Below are positions 43,897 to 55,742 of a DNA stretch of 64,000 bases, in pieces. The stretch covers positions 9,798,001 to 9,862,000 of the forward strand of contig NC_087245.1 of NCBI RefSeq assembly GCF_037042905.1, given 5' to 3'. The stretch is from Lytechinus pictus (taxonomy: Eukaryota). The position numbers and the translations under genes are program-made. Positions within the stretch are counted from its first letter, which is position 1. Every line of letters begins with the position of its first letter. The notes below the pieces were generated by a model, which saw only the letters and a program-made list of their open reading frames with translations, did no database searches and was not told the DNA's origin.

Positions 43897-46800
43897 CTGG
43901 GAGGAAGAAATGAAACAGCTTTTACTTTGTATCTAGTCTTAATAGATATAATTTATAATGTGTTAAATCCACTCTGTAGAGTGCAAAAGGAGGAAGTGCT
44001 TCATCTCACTAAAATACAGAGAAATCTGATCTACTTTCAAAGAAAAGGCTATGGCACAGATTTCGATGGGCTTACTTAAGAATGCATAGTAGGTATGCAT
44101 GTGATGTCATAATAGAAAGCAGATGTAACCTTTCCATCTGTGTAATCCTAGAAAATGTGAAGGGATCTGAACAAACTAGTTTTTACTACAAATTCATTCT
44201 GCACATCCATTTCATAAAACAAGAAATTCTAAGTTTGTGATGGTAGTGACAATACAGATATTCACAATATTATGCAAAAGCACTCGGTGCTAGCGCATCA
44301 TGCTTGTCCTCGGATGCCCTGCATCACCACAACACACTCATCAATGTGCATTATTTGTATATAACATGTTTGGAATATAAAAAGTTCACTCACCGGTAAA
44401 TTACTAACCTGACACAGAACAAAGCTGTGCTTCTCTTTCAATCTTAATCCTTTTCCCAATGGCTTGTTTCATCTTCTCTTCCAGGTCATCATCATTAATT
44501 GCACGTCCCCTCAAACATCTAAGCCTTAACGGAACTAGTTTTTCATCACAACATCGAATAGGTATAATCTTACGTCCAATCTCATTTTCTCTCAAAGATA
44601 GGAAGGCCATCTCCATCGTCATATTATATTCCCCAAATTTTTGTATACAGTCACCCTTGTCAAATAACACAACAATATGTTTATGAGTACAGACAGCTTC
44701 TTCGGCATTGTTCATCACTGGCTCACCAAGTGGTGCATCAACTTTTGATGTGAATGTCCACCCATTTTGCAGAAACATATCCTTCATTTTCTTGAAATGA
44801 GGTGTTTTGTCGGAGGAAGACACAAAATATACATCTTTCATCTTATCGTTAGCCATAGCCATAACTTCTCTTTGATGCTCAGCTGCGGTCAATGGTCTTC
44901 CTCCACAATCTTTAAAATAAAACAAAGACAATTTTGATAAACACACATATTGAAAGATAAGATAATTTCAGAAGACAATTTCAAAGATTGCATTTCCAAA
45001 TAGTTTAAGAGCAAGATGATAAAATTTATATGTACACGTGACTGCATACAGTTTCAAGAGCTATCCACTCAATGGCAGTGACCCCCCCCCCCCCGTATAA
45101 TCAAAATCTCAAATGTTCAAAATGACCTGAGATGTGATACATCTTGGACCCCATATTATACAACAAATAATGCACAACTGTGGAGATACTGCTGACTGGA
45201 GGGTATATGCAACATGCATGAGACGCTTTCGCCAAGTGCTTTTGCATAATATTGTGTAGGCCTAGATAACAATGATGCATGTATCATCATTAACTTTGGG
45301 AATTTAAAAATGTGCATAATTTTTTATATAAAACAGATTGGCAAAATGAATTTGAAGGAGAAGTATGTTCTAATCCCTCAAATATTCCTATGATCGCACA
45401 GACGATGAGGTCTCATCTGCTTTTTAATAAGATATCACAGGAGTATTAACTATGTTGGCCTAAGTAGTGGATCAAAATCCCTTTTCTTTGCATATTTTAG
45501 ATGGCATCTTAGTTTTTATGCATAATGGGAAAATAATGCACTAAAAATGCAGTGCTGTACATTAAATGCAGAGTGCTGCACTAAAAAATGCACGGCTGGA
45601 AGTCTGCGTCATATTATAGAATTAACACACGACTTACAATGTACTGCCGTATTGGCTACATCTCTATTAACTCAGTCACATTTGCTCTACGGCGGACGTA
45701 AATACCTGAATTCCAGAGATTTCTGTGCCGGCCACAGGCCATAGGGTTGGCAGTACAATTATAGTGCAGAGTTATTAAATTTTTTCATTTCTACGCTTGC
45801 CGTAGAAATTAGACTAGAATGGTCTACGGCGGCCGCACGTCGGTAGAATTGAAAGACGTGTTCTTCTTCCCTCCTTTCCCCTTCTTCCCTCCTTTCCCCT
45901 TCTCCTTTTGTGTTCTCTGCTTGGGAGTGCGACACTTTGGAAACTTTCTGAAATGAAATGTCTACAGTAGAATATCATGAGTTTGACAAGCCACTCATTG
46001 TATACTCTCTGTACAGTCCCACTGTGGCCGCCCTGAGGGCACCTTAAGGCCACCTTGCGTCTGCCGTAGTATTTGTCAAAAACCTACGGCCGCCGCAGGA
46101 TAACCCTAAGGCGACATAAATTATAATTTCAAGGACATACATCAGCCGCAGATTTTCTGTCTCCATGAATTTTATAATACGCCATGTGCAACCTTAATGT
46201 ATGTGACTGCTACAGTAAGTGACCGTGGAAATTCTATGGCGACCGTAGAATTGCTACTCGCCGTAGAAATTGTAGAATATACGGTGGCCGCAGCAAATGT
46301 GACTGAGGTATAAACCGATTTTGTCAATAATGTCAATAGTTTAAATTTCCAAACTGATTTCAATATTTTCAAATCTTGCAGGCCTAATGGAAAATGGAAG
46401 TGCCTTTGACAACCCAGCATTGCATTCATGGTGATTGCCCTTTATGCTGAATTTCAGTTGCGGTATGATACTGAGAATATATGTTTCTTTATCTTGTACC
46501 TTCAATTAATTCACTCCTCTCTGTAAGACTATCTGAAGATCTATCACTTGGTGAACCTGTCACAGGAATGGGATCTTCAGCACTTCCTTGAAGAGTTTGA
46601 CCGTGGATTTCAGCATTAACCACAGGCGAGGTAGTAGTAGTTCCAATTGAATGATTTCCTTCAGAATAAGAATTTAATATGAGACAATATTAAGAATCTA
46701 ATATGAGACAATACCAATAATGTGGAGAACAGCTAAAAGAAAATAACCTTACTTTGTTTTTGAATGATGAGTCCTGTATGCCATCTGTAAATATATTGCT

Positions 46801-49800
46801 TAATTGTAACTCTATAGTAAAACAAATTTATCAAGAGATGTTGCAATTAAATGTTGAAAGATCAAGGGCCGAATTATTTTGGAGAGAAATTTTGGATGAA
46901 GAAAATATGAACTCATGGTTGTTTACATGGACACTGAAACTCAAAAGTATTCAAGATAATACCATAGCCCATTTTAATTTCAATTTTATGTATAATTTAT
47001 TACCTACTCTTTGTAACTTAAAAAAATGGAATTTAAGAAACACAGATATTTGTAGTGAGTGCAATAAGTTGAGTGATTTATTACATTTGTTTTGGTTGTG
47101 TACAGAGGTTGATAAGTTTTGGAAATACGTCGAAGCACTCATAAGAAAATGTCTAATTCAAAATTTTTGTTTGAAGCCTCAGCATATTGTTTACGGTCTA
47201 AGAAAAGAAAAAGGAAAAGAAATTAATTTAATGTTGAATTATGCATTATATTATATTTACAAATGTTACAAGATAACATTAGTTACAATGAAAAAGATGA
47301 AGTTTTATGATTTGAAAATTATGTTCATATATATTCTGGAAAAAAGATATGGTAATGAGAGAGGTAAACGAAAGAAAAATTTGTACATGAATATGAGCAA
47401 ATGGAATTTAATACTGAATAACTTGTAAAACTTTTGTTTGTGTACATGTATATGTGTGCATATTTTTATTCAAATAAAGAAGACCAGTACTGGTTTAAAA
47501 TAAAAAATATGAGACATAAAGATATCTTTTTTAGTATCAAAATGATATTTGAAAAAAAATAAGAATAAATTAAAAAAGGGGTGACATGGTGGTTTTAAAA
47601 TAATGATGATGAGGATGATGATAATAATAGTAGTAGTAGTATAATAATAATAAATAAATAACAATAGATGTGACTTTATATAACGCACCAAATCCACAAT
47701 GTAGAATGCTAAGGGTACATATAGAACAAAAAAGTAAAAAGACAGATTTAAAAAAAGATTTTTGAATGAGTCAGTTAAAGAGATTAATTTCCAATGACAC
47801 AATTTTGGGAAAGACATCGATTTTTAAGCAAAAATAACAACAAAACTTTCAGCTTAATAAAATATAATCTTAAGTAGATATTGAAACACTAGAAAACTGG
47901 CTGGTAATTTTCAGAATTGAAAATATAAGATCAGGAGGAGAGGGTATTATATCGAAAACACAGGGAAAGTTAATACAAAGCAACTTGAAATAAAAAAAGA
48001 AGGAAGACATTTCAGCTTCTTATTTCTATTCACTGCAGAAATGCATAAACCCTAAATAGACTGCGCTACTTCAACGCCTAAGATGAGGGGCCTCCCCCTT
48101 TATGATCCCAGCCGTCGGTCGCAAAGAAAATTGTCACGCGCGTCACCCATGGCATAATCTACAAAACTATATGATCTGATTCTGTGAAAAATCTCACTGC
48201 TAATTAATTATGCTAATTTACATGCTTAAAATCAAAACTTTGCTCTAATTAACTCTATAATGCCCCTAAAATGCTAGTTTTTGGTTCACAGTCTCTTTAG
48301 AGGAATCTGATAAAAAGTACTTTAACAAAATTTCAACATCACATTCACAATATATAATTGTTTTCTAAATTTCTTATGTATTTCCTAGTTTTTTTTACTT
48401 GTTGTTTTTTATTGTTTTTTCAATGGAAATTGTCGGACTCTTTATTTTGACCATGATCGAGAAGAAATTAATTTATGTTAATCAGTAAAAGAAAAAATAA
48501 TGATACATTAATGAATTTTTGCTAAAACACTATTTGCATTGGATTTGTAGACGAATTCACATTTTTAAAGCAATTTTGGGTCTGCATGCACTTACAAAAT
48601 ATTGCGTAATTTCAGAGCCGCATACCCGGGCGGTTGCATTTTTTGTCTTAAAAGTTGCGCAAGACTTGAAAGTAAAATGTCAGCAAGCAATGCGGTCCAA
48701 AAAAATTTGCCGTGGATTTATCACAAAAAAAAAAGGAAAAGGCGGGGCAGGATCATTCCCCCCCCCCCAGTCTTTTTAGGGTTAAGCCACAACTTCCATA
48801 TTGCGATATAAGTAAATGGATCTATTACTGTCTATTCACTGAAGGTTCTTTGTCATGATATATCAATATTGAAAAATCTTGCAGGCCTAATGGAAAATTT
48901 AAACTTTTACAACCCAGCATTAGGCACATTGCCCTTTACTGCTGAATATTGCAAGAAAGGTTGAATATTGTACCTTCAGGTATTTCACTCCTCTCTGTAA
49001 GACGATCTGAAGACCTTGTCTGGTTTAATAGTGTAGATCTATCAGTTTCATCATTTGGTGAACTCGTCCCAGGAACAGGATCTTCTGCACTTCCTTGATG
49101 AGTTTGACCGTGGACTTCTATAAAGCGCTCACGTTCACTACTATCTTGATTTTGCTGTTGACTATTTGAAGATTGAGGATTTTCCTGTAACAGGAAATTG
49201 AAATAACAGCAAAGACACACAATATTCAGAATAAAATAAAACTTATGGTTGATTCTATCAGAAAGATACTGACACAAACATTCGACATATTGCAGTTGTT
49301 TTAGTTTAAATGTTTCTAGGGAAGGGTTATTAACAACTGAAAAAAAGAATGTGTATCCAGTCCCTTACAGTACTTAAGATTGAGTCCTGAAAAAACATGG
49401 ATATTTCACAACCTTACTCACTTGAACTTTATTATCTCAAGTTAAGTTGTTATGCAATATCTTGAATGCTTTCATTATGTTTACGTACTTGCGTTGTGTT
49501 TATATTGCATTTCCATGGAGATATATAAAGTTTATCTCATAAATAAATGACAATAAAGACTATCAATTTTATATTCACTTTCAGCATTATACAGTACCGA
49601 AGTGATGAGGTCACACAAAACTTTTTTTTTGCATTTCAGCGTTTTTGATAACATATTTTAGTAGCGCATGATGAAAAACCCCCACTATCAAAATTTGATG
49701 AGAATCAGCCCATGGGGGCATGAGATATGACCTCATGAATACTTAATTAGCCCAATTGAAGTCAATGTATTATTGAACTGGTTCCTAACTTTTAGTGCCA

Positions 49801-52800
49801 GGCCAATAATACATTGACTTCAATGGGGCTAATTATGTATTCATGAGGTCATATCTTGGGGCCCCATTGACCGATTCTCACCAAATTTGGGTTGTGGGTG
49901 TTTTCATCATGCTCTACCAAAATATTGTATAAATAGCGCTGAAATGCAAAAAGTGAAAATTGATGACGTCACACTTCAGTAATCTATACTGCTCATAGTA
50001 TGCAACCAAGGAGAGTGGACTAAAGAAATTTTTACTAATGCAGAGCTGTAGCCAGGGTCTTCAATTTATAGGGAGTTTGAATCCTTTCTTCCTTGCCTGA
50101 AAATTTGACAAGCAGGGTCATCTGTCAAAATTGTTGGCCCTTTAGTCTCAGAAAATATATTTTTGGTGACAAAACATTTGCTCCTGTGACATTTGCTCCG
50201 GACTTAATATCTAAGGTGGCGTACGGTTAGAGTTAGGATTGTAATAGATTTTTTTGGTTCAGAATAATGCAAAGATAAGGATTATGGTTTAATTAGTATT
50301 GGAGGTTTGATTTTATGTTAGGCTTCATTTGCAGATTTTCCATCAGAGCAATTGTCGCCAGAGTAAATGTCATGGAACCCTATTTTCCTTCCCTATTTTT
50401 TGTTTTGGACATTTGGGGGGTTCAAACTAACACCCCCCCCCCCCTTGACTATGGGCTTGTAATTAAGAAGTTTCTCTCCCCCCCCCCCTCCCTTACAATG
50501 AGCATGACAGTTGCTAAACAGTGCTATAAATACAGGTACAGGTTGATATAAAGACAGACATGGTACGTTGATACTCACAACATCTGCAGTTTTCAGACTC
50601 CCTAGATGTGAGAAAAGAAAGAATCATATGATATCATTTCCAAATAAACTGTAAAATTGGTCAGTTACGCCAACAGATTTACCTTTTTAATTGTTTTATG
50701 ATATATTCCACATTATACCAAATCTCCAAAAGACCAAAGACCCAATTTCATTAAAGCGAGATACATGTCAACTAATTGGAAGCAAAATAAAGTTAAGCAT
50801 GGTATATAGAAGAAAAAAAAAATTTTGAGCGTGAGGTTGAAAGATACATAAAGACATTTTGATGTTCATGGTTTGTAACATGAAAAAAATGTTAACATTG
50901 ATTTCATCCTCTGGTATATACCAAAGCATGTAACAAAAAATTATGTAATGGAGGCAATCATTCTCATTCGATTTCTCCAAATTATTGGCATATGGGCTAT
51001 CCAACGGTTACCCACGTTACATTTGGAGACACCTTGACTCGTACTTGGAGCTGTAACTCCATTATTATTGATAGGAACTAAACATCTCTTTATCACAACA
51101 AAGTATGCAGTCTGACTATCCTTTGTATAAAAACAAAACTTGGGAAATGTTATTATGCTCCTGGAAAATCTTTGAAATGTGTCGGTTACTCATGTTACAT
51201 AATTTGGACATGCATAAAATGAAAAGTCGACATAAGTGAAAAGTGTCCTCATACAAGGCTTTTATGAAAGTTGATTACGGTATATCCATTTAAAAGAAGT
51301 ATATTAGGGAGATAAACTTTGTATATAATTCAAAAAATAAAGAACACATTGTTTTTACTAGGGGTGCAGATAAAATGGTTAATCACATTACGGTTACTCA
51401 TGTTATATTTTGTTCATGTATGGTCAACAACATAAATGTCACTAAAACTTCAATAATGTGCGTTTATGTTTCTGTAATAATATGAGTAAGATTTCAGACA
51501 CCAGTTTATGTTTAAAGGTAACATTCTGAATAAGTTTCCTCCTCTCTTTTACTTATTGGTCAGTATATTGGTAATGTATTCACTAAACTATACGAGATCT
51601 GGCTTGGGCTGTGTAAATCAAAAAATGTAAAACAAATGCATTCCATTTCTTGCCTCAAGCCCTCAACATCAATTAAAGAACCAGCAATAAGTATAAGTAA
51701 GGCAAACACAATTAAAATGTACAGTTCAGATGGGCTATATATTGAATTTGAATTTTTAAGCTCATGTCCACCAACCTATGGAATTGCCCATATAGTTTGA
51801 AGGGAAATATTCTCAAATATTATCAATTTCTTTTTCCTCACCTGGACAAAGTTTGTTTAAACACAGTTTTATGGGTGTTTTACAGACACTACTGCCAACT
51901 GTGAATAAAAAAAGTGAAAATTATTGAATAATTGGTCAAACTCAAAGGCCCGAATTCACAAAGGTGGTTTTGAAAACCCACGGTTAAATCCATGGTTTAT
52001 GCAGATTTCCTGTATAAATTATGCTTAATTTAGCGCGTATTAGGCACGTGTATAAAAAATTCCAATGCTGATGCGCGCTTTCGTCAGTGCGCCAAATTAA
52101 CGCCTGTTAGCATGGTTAGATACACTATTTTATTCATGAGTCCACTGTTTGAAGAGTGGACTCATGAATAAAATAGCGTCGATAACCACGGCAACAGGCA
52201 TCAATTTTGCGCACTGTAACAAAAGCGCGCATCAGCATTGGAATTTTCATACACGCGCCCGATACGCCCTAAATTAAGCGTAATTTATACAGGAAATCTA
52301 CATAAACCATGGATTCAACCGTGGGTTTTCAAAACCACCTTCGGGCCAATGGGTGAATAACATTTCATGGCATCGCTATCATCATTATTTACTTTATCAT
52401 TATGATGATTATTATTATCATTATTATTATCATCATCATTATTATTATTATCATTATAAGGCCTACTATTATCATCATCATCATCATCATCACTATTATC
52501 AATTAAATATCAGCATTATTATCATTATCAATTATATATCATGATTATTACCATTATCATTATTATAATCATATAAATTGCAATGCTACTGGATGTTGAA
52601 TATTACATTCAAACACAAGAATTTGGGGTTTTCATCATAATGAAGATCAAAATGCTATTTCTTTTTTCTTTTTTTTATTTATCATAGGATGTCATTTTAT
52701 AGTTGAGATTCTAATGAATCTACTTCACTCTTAATTTTCAAATCAATTCAAAAGGCTAAAGTTTAGCCAAGGATGAATCTCAAATTCTCAACTACAGTTT

Positions 52801-53953
52801 GGATTTTTCACTTATGTCAGGCAACTTTTTTGTGTTTTGAAAAGTTAGGATTGCAACTACAACGAGACCCAAACCTATAATTGTTCCAAGATCAAGTTCT
52901 TCGGCCATATTAGCTAGTAATATGTCCAACTGTAAGGAATCATTAATAAAATTGAAAGCCTGTTTAAAGACAATAATGTAAATAAATTATACCCTGTATT
53001 ATTAACATTCCAATCTTTAAATCAAAATCTTTTCACATCCATTGAGTTTGGACAATTTAAATTCGATAAGACTATAGTTCGCACTCTCAGTCCCTTTGAG
53101 CACTAATCTTCCAAATATGGATAGCAGAAAGCTACAGACAGCTAGAATAATATCCTGAAATTTTCATCCCATGCATTATCCAGTTACACTATACAAATAT
53201 ACAAGGCTTTGAGTTAAAGTATAATGGGAATTAATTGTTCGAGGTTGGACTGGCATTAATATTTTCCCCCAAAGGAAAAATAGTAACATTGCCAATACAA
53301 CTGGTGAATAATTCCTGTGACATTCTTGAAATAAAGGCCTGAAATATTTGTTTTATAATCCTATCCTACCTTTTATACCGGTATTCGATAATTTAAAATA
53401 ATAGATCTTGATAAACTAGTTCTTGTACTCGTAGCTCATCGTTCTTTAATCTGTACCAAAATATAGACAACACGCTGCAATGATTGATCTTCTTTTCCTG
53501 AAGCCACGCACTCAGTGAAACGCGGATTAGTGCCTGCGCTACCCCATCATGGGACTTGCCCGGTAGAGAAACCTCACTGACCAAGAAGAGATTGCATGGT
53601 AATTATTCTTCAGTGTGATTTCATTTTCAACAGCATCATCGCATAATACTAAGATTGTGAGAATATATTTTTGGTCAAATGATGCTATTCAAACTTCAGG
53701 ATTTGATTTGTGTACTAAGTTAGAATATATACATAAACATTTCTAGTTTGTTTCCTCCAGAAAATATCATCTGGCCTAGACTCTATATAGATCTAGGCCC
53801 AAATATTACTCATCATGCTCACCCTGAAAAGGCCTGTTCATACTTAATCATAGTCTTACCTCTAGTCTAAGTATTCGGATATCAAACCTCACCTGTCACT
53901 AACGTTGTTGAACTTGGTCCTGGAGAAGTAGTAGTAGTATACCGCAGCGGCCC
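43544..53953 (-). CDS. TIR domain + C-terminal Death domain protein (putative innate-immune adaptor); 5' end unresolved
   Basis: Complement join(53893..53953,51842..51898,50579..50601,48974..49184,46500..46658,44409..44909,43544..43896) gives one open frame of 454 codons with GT-AG sites and matching phases (1,1,0,1,1,1). The start codon was not found. Confidence 0.75.
44409..44909 (-). CDS. TIR-domain exon
   Basis: DVYFVSSSD (box1-like), NGW...DAPLGEPVMNNAEEAVCTHKHIVVLF (BB loop/alphaB/betaC), MEMAF...RKIIPI (alphaC/betaD); acceptor ttttaaag, donor G|gttagt. Confidence 0.85.
45669..46311. mobile_element. Harbinger-like MITE
   Basis: TIR CTCAGTCACATTTGC / GCAAATGTGACTGAG. Confidence 0.6.
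46500..46658 (-). CDS. Low-complexity repeat exon (…EIHGQTLQGSAEDPIPVTGSP…LTERSELIE)
   Basis: Open in phase 1-1; paralogous to exon 48974..49184; donor G|gtacaa. Confidence 0.7.
46711..47505 (+). mobile_element. 5'-truncated L1/Tx1-clade LINE (ORF2 C-terminal zinc-finger region, ORF 46754..47428)
   Basis: LLPTLCNLKKW...CSECNKLSDLLHLFWLC..V..FW zf-RVT motif; AATAAA and A-rich tail; candidate TSD AATATGAGACA (46700-46710, 47506-47516). Confidence 0.85.
48075..48781. mobile_element. piggyBac-like MITE
   Basis: Right end ...TTTTAGGG|TTAA; left end degenerate. Confidence 0.5.
48974..49184 (-). CDS. Low-complexity repeat exon (ENPQSS…EVHGQTHQGSAEDPVPGTSSP…LTERSEIPE)
   Basis: Acceptor cctgttacag, donor G|gtacaa, open frame. 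Confidence 0.78.
49590..49988. mobile_element. Palindromic MITE
   Basis: ~190-bp imperfect inverted arms centred ~49790. Confidence 0.7.
50579..50601 (-). CDS. 23-nt micro-exon (GSLKTADV)
   Basis: Strong acceptor ttctttcttttctcacatctag and donor gtgagt; supplies the required phase 1 to 0 change. Confidence 0.65.
50994..51789 (+). mobile_element. Family C (Sola2-like) MITE, longer copy
   Basis: Same termini; 4-bp TSD ATAT (50990-50993, 51790-51793). Confidence 0.85.
51842..51898 (-). CDS. 57-nt symmetric exon (VGSSVCKTPIKLCLNKLCP), possible cassette exon
   Basis: Acceptor ttttcactttttttattcacag, donor CAG|gtgagg, open in phase 1-1. Confidence 0.6.
51947..52347. mobile_element. Palindromic MITE (GGCCCGAA...TTCGGGCC)
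   Basis: ~195-bp inverted arms centred ~52150. Confidence 0.75.
53893..53953 (-). CDS. Exon (GPLRYTTTTSPGPSSTTLVT)
   Basis: Acceptor cttacag, donor CAG|gtgagg; TTTTSP motif shared with exon 46500..46658. Confidence 0.55.
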
Positions 53954-54149
53954 CTGTAAGTTCTAATGCATCTAGGCTAGCTAGTTTATAGTTTTGACAC
54001 TTGTCCCCTTGCCTTTACCTGGCCTGCTTTGAACGAAAGCTAATATGGATTTTGTTCTCGAAGCGCGAATCCAGACGACTTTGATCGAAGGACAAGGCCG
54101 GCTAGCTGGGGTCACCAAGCGCGCGCTGCGAGGCGGCGGGCTGGGAATT

Positions 54150-54176
54150 GGGGAATCCCATAGATGGGGAATCCCC
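54150..54176. promoter_or_regulatory. Tandem NF-kB (Rel) consensus sites
   Basis: GGGGAATCCC at 54150-54159 and GGGGAATCCCC at 54166-54176 match GGGRNWYYCC; they lie in a GC-rich patch at the 5' end of the TIR-Death gene. Confidence 0.6.
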
Positions 54177-55159
54177 ACTCTGCCTGGACCCGCGCACCTT
54201 TAGTAGCTAGTCTAACTGTTGTAGACTCTATTGATTGATTGATAGTTGAAATTTTTAGTATACTGACCTGAAAACAGGAAAAAGGTGCCTGTTTAGGACT
54301 GTTTGTAGTAACTCATGAGGAGGATACATATCTCACTACACAGATAATGCGAGTGCCGAGGGCGAGCTGAAATTTCTTTATATTATGACAAGAAAGCTTG
54401 ATATTCTATGCATTTTTGGTACCAATGATTAAGATGGGTATCTAAAAAAACAATAGATGCGAGCCCGAAGCGCGAACTTAAAATTTTGATATTTCGAATT
54501 TAAAAAAAAAATGACAGTTTAATGGACGTTTGTAATAAAGAACAAGATTATATCCAGCAAAATATTATTGCAAATCGAAGCGGGAGTTCTTTTGACGTTT
54601 AGTCCTGAAAAAGGGACATTCTATTCACCTATTTAATCATGAAAAGTATGGGGTTTTGCTACAGAAATGATGCGAGCGCGAAGCGCGAACTGAAATTTTT
54701 ATATTCCAATCTGAGAAGCGGATAATTTAAGCACGATTTTAAATAAAGAACGAGTTGTGTAGCTCAATCTCAATATACGACTGATTGCGTAATTATACAC
54801 TCCTGGTACTAGCAACGGGTTTTATAGCAAAGTTTTGGGCTAAAATATCGACCCATCTTACACAACACTATAGTAGCTGTCTTAAACTAAAGGCCATAGA
54901 GGTAGCACAATGTGGAATGTGTAAAGAAGAAAAGTGACTGACCTTCTTTTTATTAGCATTGGAAAATAAGATCAAAATTAAAGGATTTGCTCTACGCTTT
55001 TGTATGATTCTGGGATTTTTAAAATAAATTAAAGATTTCATGACATCTGTCATTCTGTGGGCAACTGCCCCGCCCCAGTCCACTCTGTAAGGGCATGCGA
55101 TAAGCTTTGTTATGACCATTCAACAATAAAATGTATAACCGTGCCACTGATCATTAATT

Positions 55160-55742
55160 CTTGACTGGCGCCGATCTAGATTTGGTTGGCAATAGGCCCT
55201 TCTTCATTATTCTACCGGCGCCTATTTATTGGAACCAGGGGACGCTGATTATTTTTGACCGGCGCCGATTTAGAACAAGTAGTGCTGATTATTTTTACCG
55301 ACGTCACGTAAGATTCAGGCAGCGGCAATTCATATTATTGACTGGCGCCGATTTAGAACCAGGAGGCGCCGATTATTCTTTACCGGCGCCGATTTATAAC
55401 GAGATGGCGCCGTTTATTCTTGCCCGGCGCCGATTTAGATTTAGGTGGAGCTGATTATTCTTGATTGGCGCCGGTTAAGACTCTGGCAGCGCCGATTTAT
55501 AACCAGATGGCGCTGATTATTCTTGTCTGGCGCCGATTTAGATTTAGGTGGCGCTGATTATCCTTGATCGGCGCCGGTTAAGAACTCAGGCAGCGTCGAT
55601 TTTTCTGTACCGGCGCCGATTTATAACCAAATGGCGCTGATTATTATTGTCCGGCGCCGATTTAGATTAAGGTGGCGCTGATTATTCTTGATTGGCGCCA
55701 GTTATATGCAGGCAGCGCACTGCTGATTATTTTTAACCGGCG
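55160..55742. repeat. GGCGCCGATT-rich minisatellite
   Basis: Repeated GGCGCCGATTTA / GGCGCTGATTATT motifs. Confidence 0.8.

Noticed and set aside
53500..53600. Possible + strand exon or - strand 63-aa ORF
   Set aside because: No recognisable homology and no partner exons found
53981..54178. ORF as first coding exon of the TIR-Death gene
   Set aside because: Starts at GTG, and splicing at 54019 puts it in a frame that terminates in the downstream exons
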